A DNA stretch of 64,000 nucleotides from Antedon mediterranea (taxonomy: Eukaryota > Animalia > Echinodermata): NCBI RefSeq assembly GCF_964355755.1, contig NC_092672.1:23201237-23265236 (forward strand). Direction: 5' to 3'. The translations under genes and the position numbers were made by a program. Positions 41,101 to 55,200 of this stretch are shown here, in pieces. Under the pieces are notes generated by a model that worked only from the letters and a program-made list of their open reading frames with translations, did not search any database and had not been told where the DNA came from. The first letter of the stretch is position 1. The number at the start of each line of letters is the position of its first letter.

Positions 41101-41640
41101 AGTTCAGCAAATTCTAAATGGAATTTAAACAAAAATCATGAAAGATGTGTTGGCTAGGTGTGGTAGTTCGAGATCAGTCGGACACAATCATATGAAGGCA
41201 GCATTGATTTCCATCAGTATTTCATTTATTCATATTCACATTCATATTCACTGGCATTTATCACATAAACTACAATCAGCCATCTCTTGGAAAAAAACCC
41301 TATAAATACAACAGACAAACATACATAATAATAATCCACATATGAACAATTGCTAACCATTGTTATACTCATTATGTTATCTTTAGTACAATACATACAC
41401 ATCACATCAGTATTACATTATTATCAATTATATATAACAAGTGATAACCACATCTATATCTGGATTAAACTATGTTAATTTTGGAGGTGCATACCCATCT
41501 TTAGTCAGCCTCCATTCCATTCAGCCCAATCTATTAATAAACATGTAAAACCAGGTTCTTAACATCATACTATTCACAACTACATATGACCACAACATTG
41601 GTCGCCATATTGGAATCCGAACTCGCACACGTATCGGCGA
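38139..41640 (-). mobile_element. Decayed non-LTR retrotransposon (RTE-X-like) with RT and C-terminal zinc knuckle
   Basis: GFRQGCVLSPILF, (W)PDDIVLL, LYGELGW, CKLC..ETIMHFLLTC; (TTA)n 3' tail at 38139-38165; multiple frameshifts; 5' boundary approximate. Confidence 0.88.
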
Positions 41641-42458
41641 GTCATTCTACCATCAATTATAACTACATATATGAGCATAAATAACACATTTAATACAATA
41701 CTACTATTCATTATCATGACTAAATACAACAATTGATTATCTTAATTTATGATATAGTATTACAACGTACCTGGAAACGAATAACTGATAATTTAATTAG
41801 TATCTGCCTCTACTCAGCCACAATGGATATGCCCAATCTGTACCCACGTGCGGGAAATGGAAATATCTGTTTTTAAACAAAACTGTGTGAGCTATTATTT
41901 TAGGCCTAAATTTTTATGTTATCTGAGATTAACAAAAACATACAAGTATTAACTAATACTGACACACAAGCTAATTTTCCCACAAAAAATATAAACGTCG
42001 TAGTGGTGTATCGTTACATGTACTTTACTATTTCAGTCGACTATGACAGTGACAGTTTTAACAAAGTATTAAATCGCAAATGTTATACTCTATTTAGTGA
42101 GACAAATCTCATGACACAAAATACATGAATAAGGTCCAATGTGAATGGCATAATAAAACAGTGTATCCTAGTGTTAAAAGAATGGTTTATTTAATAAAAA
42201 CTAACTTTAAAATCTGTATTGTATAAATTGTACGTGATACTGTTTTTGTTATTTGTTTATTTTGCATAGATACACAGACTGCTACTCCTCTGTCTACAAG
42301 CTCATTAGAGACAGTGGTTATCATTAGATCATTATGTATCATATGGACAGTTTGTCTGAAAATACATGAATATAATAGCATAACATCTTGGTGTCATTAG
42401 CAGAATAGTTGATTTAGTACTGGTATTCTTGATTATGATATATGTTTATTTTGAATAG

Positions 42459-43797
42459 ATGCACCTATTGCTGCTCCTTTGGCTGCAAGTTTTTTAGGGA
42501 CAGGTATAGGTGAGTAACATTAGATCATTAGGGCAGTGTTACAACCATTTATGTAGTACCAGCTATAATAAAACTACTGCTAAGAGAGAAACACTAAAGA
42601 TATCATATCATTTATTTCATTTGAACAAATACAAACATGAAAACATAACAAATGTAAATCAATGAGGCACGATTACCTAAAATAACAGCGGAGAAGCCAA
42701 AATAAGACATTCAAACATTTTTAAAACATAATTAAAATACATTTTTTGGAAGAAAGTTCAAATTGCTGTATATGAATGACAAGATAGTTTAAATTGCATG
42801 AAGTTAAATGTATTACAGCAAAATCCACCACAGGTTAGCTAATTCTTTAAAATAATCAAAGCCGAACAAATCAGAATGGAATCGTGCTCATATTTCTTCT
42901 AACTTTCAGAAACATCAAATTATCAACATTATTTTCTTGATATTATTAATTTGAATACTATAACAATTTTCAAATAGTAGACAAAACTTTTCTACGTAGA
43001 AAAGGTGGTCAAAATAATAACTAAAACATCCTTGAAAACAAAACAGCAATTTGTTAAGAGATTGATTCACACATATATATATATAAACTTTTATGGGGAT
43101 AAAAATGCAATAATTATCCATCATTTGTTTTGCAGAAAATACATTGCAAGAAAAGTATTTTATATTACTAAAATATAAATATGCTTATTTTGCGGTGAAA
43201 CATTTTAAGATTTGTTTAAGAGTGACTAGTATCAATCATAGTATAATAATTCTCAAACACTTGTTTTTGTAGTGAATACATCACAAGAACAATTCAACAA
43301 GTTGAAGTATGATCTTGGTTTACTCTATATTGGTGAGCGACTGCTGTTGTTGAAATGCTGTCTATTTGAACACGTAGACTTACATCACCTTGGCAAGTCA
43401 AGTTGCACAGCAAATTACCTATTAAACCAACTACATGAAAGTCGTTATATCACACCTACTAATGTCCGTCTGTTGCTAGTGGTGGCTGAGATTTCACAGT
43501 TGAAAGATGCTGAAGATCTCATAAATCAGTATGTTGTAAACAACAAGGTTCCAAACACTGATGAAGAAACAAAGTCAGTTTCACCGTATAGGAAACGACT
43601 GTGCATGGCATTGCAGCAATTTGACCCACATAAGTTAAATGATGTAATTGCTTACTATGGATTGAACTTATTAAGTTTACCAACAATTTGGGAATTAGTG
43701 TTTCACCTTGAGAGCAATAGAAGATTAGTAGAAGAATCAGAAAAAAAGAGGTTTGCTGAGCTTCTTGGACCAATCGCTAAGAACATACTATTCAATG
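42459..43797 (+). CDS. Linker exon plus tandem death-effector-domain exon of the Roco gene
   Basis: Exons 42459-42509 and 43273-43797 (both phase 1-1). DED-like LLNQLHESRYITPTNVRLL..DLINQY and SPYRKRL..WELVFHLE. Confidence 0.75.
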
Positions 43798-43865
43798 GTA
43801 TGTATGTTGTATATTGTGTAAACATAATTTATAACAATTTATGTGATTTCTTACATACACAGTGT

Positions 43866-44330
43866 GATTACGGCCATACTGCGTTGAAACACCGGTTTTC
43901 GTCAGATCACCGAAATTAAGCAATGTTGGGCCCAGTTGCATTCTGGATGGAAGACCGTCTAGAAATAGCGACGGTTGCTGTATATACACCAGAGAGTGAT
44001 GGTGTAATGATAATATCGGACTAGCATTCGTGATAGGCATGGGTTCGAGGTTATCTGTACCATACTAATTGTATCCTTAGACAAGATGCTTTACTCTCAT
44101 TGCCTCATCCTTCGGATGTGAAGTAAAGCTGTTGGTCCCGTGTACTTACCAGTGCACATTAAAGAACTTGGTACACTATTCGAAAATAGGAAGGGATCGT
44201 CTCCCGGTGTGCTGATATGGTAGGCGCTGCACTGCTGGCTGCCGTGGGTCCGTGGAGGGCCTAATCCGAATTTCCTCAGTTTCCAGTTAAACTTGAGGAC
44301 CAGTAATAATACATTTAACATTTTTAACAT
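43866..44330 (+). mobile_element. Composite SINE: 5S rRNA-derived head + tRNA-derived segment + Deu-like domain
   Basis: 43866-43982 is a diverged 5S (TACGGCCATACTGCGTTGAAACACCGG..GATCACCGAAATTAAGCAA); A/B boxes at ~43998-44050; GCACATTAAAGAAC..CACTATTCGAAAATAGG..CCCGGTGTGCTG is Deu-like. Confidence 0.8.
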
Positions 44331-44929
44331 TAAAAATGATTATAAATAATGTAAGTCATGTAAGTATATATTCAACTATAAATCACATCATATTTAAATA
44401 TTGATACCGCAACCTGCGTAATTACACCAGAATTGTTAAAATAGTAAAAATCAATCTATATATAATTAGTATTACCTAAAGAAATATCTTAATTATACTG
44501 TAAGACTTAGCATACATGTAAGACCATTTGCACTGTACAAAATGTCTTGTTTGACACAATTTTATATGTTTTTGTAAAAAAATTACTACCCTTTACAAAC
44601 AGTACAGGAAGGTCACACCCTCAACACTTTTGCTGACATTACAAGTTTTATAAAACTTGTTTTTAAAACTTGCCTAGTATCACAAATATATTCATGGAAG
44701 CTTATGCTTGCAAAAATCCTATTAGAAAATATATATATATTTTTTAATTTGTTGGCATACCTACTCCTAGTTCCTTCCTATGTTCCTTTGTTACTATGTA
44801 AAAAAGCAAAAATATATTTGAATTGAATTTTACCTATGATCACTTTAAATGGCCTGTTTCAACTATGTTATTACTGTAGATCGAAAACCATAAAACAATT
44901 TAAATTGAAACTTGGCAAAAGTGTAATTT

Positions 44930-46136
44930 ATATCATGCGTTAACTTTCTGTGGAAAAAAAATGGAATGTTTTACAGAAAGTTACGCGCGTGTAAAATTTT
45001 GGAGGTGCGAAAAATCAATTTCTAATCACTTTTCTACGCGTTTCATTTCATTTTAAGCATGTAAAAATTTCCATGAGCGCGCAAATTTTTACATGCGCGA
45101 TGCGCACGTAGCGCTAAGAACATCTTTTTTTCGTGTGAATTATGTTTTTTCTAGCCTTTTCTAGTAATTTTACCAACTTTTAAACAATTTCTACTTCGAA
45201 TTGGACAATTTGCGCTCGTTTTTTATGAAAAAACTAAAAAATTCGTCAAAATTATTCCTTTTTTAAAACAGTCATAGATTGTAAACCACATAGTGAACTT
45301 TATTTTTTTTTAAACATATTATGGAAGTTGATGAGATGTAGATATCAGATCATGCATCAATATGGCTAACCGGACATTGTGACGTCATCGTATGGCCACT
45401 CGAATATAAAATATAAGTTTTTTGTCTCATCATAGCTCATCACATTTAATAGAGCGCATCTCTCCATTTTCCCCCATATTTTTATATTGTCTAGGTCAAT
45501 CAATTAGCTTTCGCATAATTTACCATTTTTAAAATTGTTATGACGTCATGTACAAAGGGTGAATAACTTTGGTCACTTATTTTCATCATTCCAATAAATT
45601 TCAATATGTTGTAGCTCCTCAGAATGAAAATTAATACTCATGATTAAAACGTTTTCTGGAAGCTGTTGAATTTTAGATACGAATTCATGTAAAAATGTTG
45701 CGCATCGGATGTTATGACGTCATCATATGGCTAGTTGAATTATAAAAGTCTTATTTTCATATTTTGCGTCATAGTTCATGACATTTAAAAGAGCGCGCAT
45801 CCATATTCTACGTATCCAAATTTCTTCAACACGTTAATATGTTGTTGCTCAGATAATTCCCTTCCAAAATTGCTATCTACGTCATCATGTTAAAAATTGA
45901 AATAAAAGGCGGGTCCCGTTATTTTCACGTATTCTGCATTATATGTAGTACGTATACAGTATATAGTGTATACTGTAGATACCTGTACTTAGATGTGACA
46001 CAACATAAAGGGCACACTAACTTTTTTTCAGGTCACAATGGCATAATCGTTTTTCTGTGCGCAATATTCTAACGTATGACGTGGCGTTTGCGCGGCGGAT
46101 AACCTTTCTTGTCCATAGTGACGAGTTCAAATCTAG
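44930..46136 (+). mobile_element. Helitron/Helentron-like element, same family as 250-1790
   Basis: Ends GTGACGAGTTCAAATCTAG|T; internal blocks align inverted to 250-1500. Confidence 0.65.
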
Positions 46137-46233
46137 TTTTAATTGTGGTTGTACACAGGATAATGTGGTTAGCACACAGGGTGCTAATTACAGTAGTGAA
46201 AAGCAGAAAATATTACTTTAATTTGTTTTTTAG

Positions 46234-49200
46234 ATATAAATGTTCCATTGGAGATATTGGCACGAGGACCTGAAACAGTGAAAGCATTTCACAATGCACT
46301 TGAAGAAGGGAAAACAGAGTTTGATCAAGGAAGAATTATTTTTGTAGGACTTGAAAAGGTTGGAAAAACCTCAACAATAGATTCCTTTTTAAGAAAACCG
46401 TAAGCAAACCTACATTTCTGCTTAAACAGGGTTACAGTATATTATATATTCATTCATTTCCTTTTATTTTGGATAGTACATCCAAATGAAAAACATACAA
46501 AACAAAAAGAAAAAAATGTCACCAATTGCATCTTCCACAAAAACAACCTAAAATATCAATTTGCACCAACACTAATACAGGTTGGATTGTGGAAGTACAT
46601 TGACTATGGTTTTAATTGAACTATTAAAACTCATGAATTCTGTTCTTAAAACTATATGAATGGAGTTCCTCCAATATTAAAAAAAATGAAGGAACGTTAT
46701 ATTTTTTGTGAATGCACATAAACACCAACTGTACACAAGTCCTTTAATGTGTACTACCGATTTACTGTATTTGGAAGTGATTTGATTGAAATTTATCAAC
46801 GTTCATATATTTCAGTATGGATTATTATTTCATTCATAGATTTAATCCAAAGTATGAAATAACTGATGCAATGGTTAAAACAACGGTGTGCATGCAAGAT
46901 GCAACTAATAAAGAAATGTTGAAAGAAACAAAGCAGGATATTTGTAAGTATTCACTTTATTCAGATAATGTCATTTTGTCATAGATTAATCCAGTGTATG
47001 AAATAACTGATGCAATGGTTAAAATGGTGTGCATGCAAGATGCTGCTAATAAATTATTGAAAGAAACGTTGCTAGATATTTGTAAGTACACTTTATTCAG
47101 ATTTATGAAATAAATACATTTATGAAATGGGTAATATTTGATTTTAAAGTAGTATTATGTAGTAAATGTAATAATTTAAAATCAAATTAATATATTTTTA
47201 GTATTTATCAATAGTGGATATAAATTTTATTTTACTTCACAAAATTTACCTTGTAATTAACTTTTGTAATACAGTACATGTTTGTTTATGAGCAGAAATA
47301 GTTTCTAGCATGTTTTTTTCTCTGCACAATTCCCTACTAAATTCAATGTTGAACATAAAATGGATTATCTAATGTAGTAGAAGCTAATTATTGAATTCGC
47401 TATATTTCCTGTTACAAATTTAGGTTTCAAAACATTGATCTCTCTCATTGATAGACAGATTCAAGCCCCACCTTCTCCTAAATGTTTAAAATTACAATTC
47501 GAAAGATAGGACATAAAGTTCAGAACTTTATTTTATAATTGTTTAGACCCTCGCCACTTATATCTCAAAAATACTTCCTACCCTGACTATGAAACTACGA
47601 AAACAACTAGTAAATATTAATCAAATATGTAGTAAAAATGCAGTGTATCAACAAACACTGTTTTATATCATATTTCAAGCAAATCTATTATTTTAATTAA
47701 TTTTTTTCTAAATTAAACAGGTGAAAATATTAAACAGTGTGGTTTTTAAACCACTATCAATGCTAGAAAGAAGAGAATAAGAAAGTTACTTAAAAGTTAT
47801 TAATTACATTTTTTTTAAGCTGTCGAAAAATTTGAAGATGCTGTTACTGATGTCATGGTGGAAACATTGTTAAGTAGACGGCAGATAGAAGAAAACCTAA
47901 AAAGAGAATCAAAAAAGCAGAAAACTGAACCTAGTAAATTTGAAATAAAATTATTCCTTCTAAAATCGAATGGAAGATTTAGTAAACAAAATAGTATACC
48001 TAAAGTTTTATTTTTAGAAAAAAAAATTTTTTAGAAAACTAAAATTGATAGTAACACAGAATTGTAATAATCTTAAAATGTGATTTTAACAAAGTTAATA
48101 CTTCAGGTATTGCCATAATTTATGAGTGTTTATCAACTTTTCAAATTGTAAGTTATACCATGTAAAAGACTAAAAATGCTGAATTTTTTTTTAGAGGAAA
48201 ATAGAAGCCAGAAAGAAGAAGACTCCGCAGGGCTACCAGCAACAAAGGAGGAAATGGAACCTGGTAAAAAATGATTTAGAACAAATTCAGTTTCAAATCA
48301 AGACAGGTTACCTTTTCTGTCTGTCACATGATTTCTATGCTATTGGGTTTATTATTGTCAGTTTCACTTATTGCCAACAAGACAATAATTCCTACAATTG
48401 AATATTTGATATTTTTAAAAATGTAACAAATATCAATTTAACATTTTTTTTTTTTTAGAACATTACCTTTTTTAATAAACAAAATGTTTTTAATCAATTG
48501 TTTTAGAGGAAATACACCAAAGAGAAGAACATTCTACAGGAGCTTCAGCATTGAAGCTGAAAACAAAACCTGGTAAAATATCTTCTTGATTTTTATTTCA
48601 ATTTGTGAACCAAGAAAGGTTACCTTTTGGAATTAGTCACATGATTTCTATACAGATTGGGTTTATTATTATTATCAGTTTTGATAAAATTCAAAATGAA
48701 CAGAATGTTATAAATTTGTGTAGTTAAATGTTTTAAAACATTGTGTATGTACTGTATAAATAATAATTGGATACAAGAATGAATGAAGCTCAACTTTGTA
48801 AATTTTAAAGGACTATAAATTATAAATAGAGACAAAAAAAAAACAATTTTGACATTTTTTAACAATTGTTTTTAGAGGAAATTAGAAGTGAGAGTAAAGA
48901 AACAGGAGAATCAGCAATGAAACAGGAAACAGAACCTGGTAAAACATTTTTTTTCCAATTTTTACACCAAGAAATATTTTTTTTTAATCACATTTAATTT
49001 AAATTTTTTTGTGATGTGACATTTTACTCTGAAACTTATGGTTGAAGTTCTTCTCAAGGTTGTTATGGAAACTGTTGACTACTAAAAAATGAAATATAAT
49101 AAACAAATATTTGACCTTGCTCTTCAAAACTAATCTACCTTTAGATGATAGATCATAGATAATTGTGTCAGAGTTTCGCAAGATTTGGATAAAAAGTGTG

Positions 49201-52200
49201 GCCTGTAGACAGTAACGTCTACTGTATTTTGTGAATTGCGATCTTGAACTTTGACCCTACACTGTCAATATCCAACTGTAGCAATATTTTGGGTCATACA
49301 GTAGATCATTACATCCAAATTTGGTGAGATTCCTGGATAAAAACTGTGGCCTCATACACACGTACACAGGGGTGAAAACTAACTCCTTGGAGCAGGTAAT
49401 TACAGCAAAAGATAGTAGGAAATTTGATACAAACATAAAGGAAGCTCAATTTTCTAAATTTTAAGTTATATAATGTAAAAGGCTAACAATGATATTAGTG
49501 ACAAAAAAAAATGTGTTTAATTTTTGTTAACAATTGTTTTAGAGGAAAATAGAAGCCATAAGGAAGACACACGTGAATCAGCAATGAAGCAGGAAACAGA
49601 ACCTGGTATAAGATCTTCTTGTTTTTTTTTTCAATTTTTTTAACCAAAAATTGTATACAAAAAAATATTTGTCTAAAAAAATAGAAATTTAAAGCAAAAA
49701 ATAATCAAATTTTTTGATTAAATTTATTTTGTCTTTTTAAAGTGAAACCATTAATTTTGTTTATACGTAAGTGAATAACTTGATTAAAACTACGAAATGA
49801 CCTTTTTAATGGGGCTAAGTGGGCTAATATTAATTTACACAAAGCAAGCATCAAACACATAAGCATAATAATAATAAATAAAAAAACAGTAATGAAAATT
49901 ATTTCATCCAGTATTTGTTAATCCAGTTAATTACATAACAATAATTTATGTCGGATCTAAACTTTTGCAACTACATACTTCTTGAAAGTTCAGAGGTTTT
50001 AAACGAAAAGTTAAAAAAAGGTGGTTGAAAAACAAAGTTTACAAAAAAAATGTGTGCAAATAATTTAATCATTTTGTGCAATTTATTTGTTTGTAGTAAT
50101 TGCTTTAGAAAAAAATGGAAGCCAGAGTGAAGATACAGAAGCATCAGCAAGGAAGCATGAAGCGAAAAATGGTAAACTTCTTTTTTATTCCTTTTTTTAA
50201 CCAAGAAAAGTTACTTTTGCGTTTGGTCATAGTGGCATTTCTATGCCGTACTGGATTTTTTTTTTCAGTTTCACTTCAGTAGTCAGCATACTTGTAGATG
50301 ATCAAAATGTTTGTGTTTTAAACATTTCAATAATTGCTGCATTTGTATATTTTATATATACTAGATGGTTCTCGAATACACAATAATTTCCACATAAAAA
50401 AACTTGCGATTCCAAATGTACGTACCGCAGGACTATAATACATTGTTGTTTACATAAACGAATAAATAGACACGATGATTTATGTAGTCAACTAAAATTA
50501 GCACCTTGGGATATAGGCCTACTTCCAAAAAATTTTTGATTTAAACTAACCAAATTTGTTTTAAACTTTTTGAAATTTATGTTTTGTATGTAACATGAAG
50601 AAAAGGATGGGTAAAAGAGGAACAATTTGTAGTCGCATGCAACGCAACTCTACAGCTTACTACTACTACTACTCAAATTTGAGCACACTACTGCAGCCAT
50701 GTATATGGCCTTGTTACATATTCTTTATCCACTCAGTAACGAAATATTTTTTATTACATGTTTTATAGGCCTATAAATAATATACCACTAAATACAGTAA
50801 TAAAACATTTGAGATTTAATACTTTGTCAAAACTGTCAGTGTCATAGTCAATTGAAATAGTAAAGTAACGATACACCACTATGACATTTATATTTGTTGT
50901 AGGCCTAATTTTTAATTAATACAAACAAACGAATAGCAACTGTCAATAATAACGTGTATTTGTTTATTGTGCGTTCATATATCTAATAGTACGGTCTACT
51001 CGCACTCACTTTTTTGTACATGGGTATATATATCTAACAGTACCCACACACATAGTAAGAAATTCAGATTGCGACCAAAAATGGTTAATGTGTGTTTACA
51101 GTATTGCCCAAGTACCGTAAATCTTCTAATTGTAACCCTGGGTTATTATTCTTTGATTTCTTTTTAGGGTGGGTTACTATTAGAACCCTACTACTACCGT
51201 ATTAGAGTAGTGGATTACTATTACTAATCTTAAATTAGGCACTTGAATATAGTAACCCACCCCAGCAAATCATAGCAAAATAACAGTACAAATAAACAAA
51301 TTTGTTTGAACTCTAACTTTATTTTATAAACTCAAAAACACTCAATCCTCCCCCCCCCCCCCACTCCCGAGATCAACATGCATTTTCTCCTTATTTTCAA
51401 AATACAGCTGCATCATAAACGACCAGTGTTCATAATGTAATTTTGTCAATAGTTTTTGTGACTCCAATATTAACCCCATGGGTTACTATTAGAGTAATGG
51501 GTTATTATTATAGATTGACTTATAAGGTGGGTTACTATTAGAAGGGGGTTACTATTAGAAGATTTACAGTATTGCAATACTATATCTAAAGGTTTTAGGT
51601 TTATTCCCAAAGGGCCCATAAATTTACCTAAATGTACTTGTGTTAGCTTAAACCAAATAATTATATTGGAATATTCCATTTATCGCAAATCAATACACGA
51701 TAATCGGCCTGTCTTTAAGATTATGATGCTGTACTTGAGCTTTTCAACCGATTTTCAGTTATTAAAATCAATTATCGTAGAAGGAGATAGGTAAATGCGA
51801 AGCATCTTCGTATTCATTCATTCATTCATTCATCTTTTATTTCGGAAAAAAAAAATTCTCCATAGTTCAGTAACAAATTAGTGTACATTATTGCAAATAT
51901 AACAAATACATATATATATATATATGACTTGCACTGATGAAGGGCTAGTGTTGCCCGAAAGCTCTGCTAACTTTTCTGGCTGTTTACTTTATCGTTTTGA
52001 TTTAGCTTTTCGCTTTTTATTTTTGTATCTCCATTGAGATCCAGCCACTGATACCCACAGCATTGTCATTTTTTTCAGTAATTTGCCTTTGGATTTATAT
52101 ATATATGTAGATATATAAAAAAAAAACCTACACTACATAGTCACGTGGTTAGAACAATAGCTTCATCCATCTACTATGTAGATTGGATGAAGGAAAAGCA

Positions 52201-55200
52201 AATTCATGAATACATTTTATGACAATAGTGTCTGACCTCCCTAACCTGCACAACATGCCAAATACCACCTTACGTTGTAGTTCGTAGAACGAGCAGATGT
52301 GGTTTTCTACAAACATGGTGCTGGCACTGCATGACCTCGGTTTATTAAGGAGCAGGCGTAAGGCATTGTTGAAGCACACCTTTAGTGCTTCCATAGATTT
52401 TACATTAAAATTTGCCCACAAAGAAGCACAGTATAAGTTACTACAATATGTTTTAAACAAAAAACACTTTATGTTTTTAGAGCATTTTGAGAAAGTTCTA
52501 CATAGTGTATTAGCTCTAATGCACAATGACCTGTACTGTTGTTTGATATCCGTATCATCTTTCAAATCGGGTGTCAAAGTGTGACCCAAGTAATTAAAAA
52601 CTCTAACAAAGTCAAGTTCCGACTCAAATAAGTTTAAAGTGGGAAGCTTTGACAATTTCCTGACTGTAGGACAGAATAACATACATACAGATTTGTTCTT
52701 GTTATACAATATATCATGCGTTAATGAGTATTTTTCACACATATGAATTAGATGTTGTAATGCGGAGGCAGATGGTGCAATAAGTACCATATCATCCGCG
52801 TAACTAAAGGTTGTTTAGTTTTATACCGTGTAATTCGCATCCATTGCGAGACATACTGAGATTGACAATTAAATCATCCATATAAATATTAAAAAGTAAA
52901 GGAGACATAACTCCACCTTGTCTAACACCATTGGTAACTGGGAAGTCTCTAGACAATGACTTTCCCCACCGAACATGAAACCTTTGATTGGTATACCAAG
53001 ACACAGAACTCTAACTACACATAAGGGGGTTCCCCTATTAATCAGTTTCTTGTACAGTGTCCAATGATTAATACGATCAAATGCTTTGGAGGCATCTAAA
53101 AAACAGGCATAAATCGGGCTACCATTTCTATTATAAAATTCGATTGTCTGTTTGAGAATAAAAATACATGTTTCAGTTGAATGACCATTTTTAAACGCAT
53201 ACTGTCGGTCATTTGATTCGAGTGTATCACCACACATATAAATCAAAATAGACTCAAACACTTTAGACATCACGCATGCAAGCGCAATTGGACGGTAGTT
53301 GCCTTTACTTGTAATATCCCCTGTTTTAGATTTCACAATTGGTATGAGCACAACTTTAGAAATCTCTTTTGTCACATGACCATGAGATATCATGGCATTA
53401 AAGCATATACTGAGGACTACAGAAATTCGCTTACTCGCATACATAATGTGTTCGCCTGTCAAACCATCAAATCCAGGGGATTTACCCATGGGGAGTTTAT
53501 TAATAAAATCATTAACTTGCAAAGAATTAGTACATAAACAGTCGTATGCATGTGTATATAACGTATCATTAACAGACTTTTCATTGGAAACATCAGAGAT
53601 ACAAGTAAATAATGATTCATAATGATTAGCCCATTGTTCACAAATTTCATCTTCACCTTTAGCCTGATCAATTGAGTTGGAAAGTATGTATGTAAGTATG
53701 TATGTAAGTATGTATTAAACACCCTATTTTGGGTAAATCGTTGAACCTAGATTCATTTCAATTGTCAATAACTAATTATCTAACTCAATTTAATTAGTAA
53801 AAAAAGGGTTATATCAGGTGGAAAATCAGTACCGAAAGTACAAACCAACTTTATATCCATCGAATAACATTCTAGAAGTAACGCGCGATTTACTGAATTT
53901 TGCCCTTAACGTAAATGTATATATAGATTGATATATTGTCCACCTAAAAATTGTTTTTTTCAATTGTTTTGTTGAATGCTATTACTGTCACATAACAGTT
54001 ATTCACTTTGACCAAAAATTGGATCACCTAAAAAACTATTTACCTGAAAAAACTGTAAAACAAAGCAAAAAGTATTCAAATTTTAAGTTTTGTGAAATAG
54101 TTATTTTTGGTTTTTTTTCTATGGTCTCCAGAATACTCTAAGGAAAATAATAACAATATATAAAAAATATATTATAGTATAAGAATTTGAATTGATTCCT
54201 TCAACAAACCAATCAGAATTTTATAAAATTGCAGTACATAGTAAAAAGTTACATTTTCATTGTTATTTACATGAACAGCTTCTTCATTTTCTACTGAAAA
54301 CCTGATGAACATCATGTATAGTATATTATGGTATATTATAAATAAATGAATACATTTGAGTGTGTAAAATACTCACAGTGAAAAAATTATACCAATATTT
54401 AAAATTAAAACATTTTTAACATTTGAAAGTAAAAATCTTACTCCTGAAAATTCTATCAACTTTTTTATTTAAAATATTAAAGTCATTATTATAGTACAAT
54501 TGAAACCAATATTTGATTTTTATCACAACACAGACCAAGGAAAACCAGAACCATCTGACAGTATCTTGAACAAAGTTGAAAAGAAACTTAGCAAAGAGTC
54601 TAAAGGGAATAGCAACGAGTCTAAATTGAATATTATGAATATCTGGGACTTTGGAGGTCAGCCAATTTACCATGTGATACAACGGGTAAATATATTATTT
54701 TTGTTAGAATTTAGTTTTCAACTCTTAGTGTGTAATGTCAATCTTAGCCCTATATAATATAGTTTTTAAAAAAAACAACTCCAAGAAAATGTTATCATCT
54801 TAAATTTAAGTTAACTTTTTGTCAGTATCAGATATATTATACTACATTATACTGTGTGCAGATAAAATATATCGTCAGAAATCTTTAGTAGAGCTTTCTA
54901 TATACTGTAAACACAACACTGTAAAACTTCTATGTTTAAGTATTGACAATAAGAGTTTTGTTGATTTCTCCTAGATATTCATGGTATCTTATGCTGTTGT
55001 ATGTGTGGTATTTAACCTGAATGAAAATCTTAATGCCCCAGCTAAAGTTCTGGATCCAACAACTGTAAGTAGTTTCTAAAAATGTTATTTACGGCTTTCA
55101 AATTTCATATATGTTATATTAAGTTTTTGTTTTCTTCAGGTAGGCCTACCTGAAATAACTATTTACAAAACTAATATAATGAACATAACACCTTAATTCT

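Noticed and set aside
42459-42497. ATG at 42459 as the start of the DED-Roco gene
   Set aside because: That frame hits TAG after 12 codons; the open frame needs an upstream phase-1 donor.
43866-43982. Functional 5S rRNA gene
   Set aside because: Many substitutions, no T-run terminator, and fused to a SINE body.
54301-54320. Other CTGATGA motifs as hammerheads (also ~10655 and ~15025 on minus)
   Set aside because: No stem II followed by GAAA.
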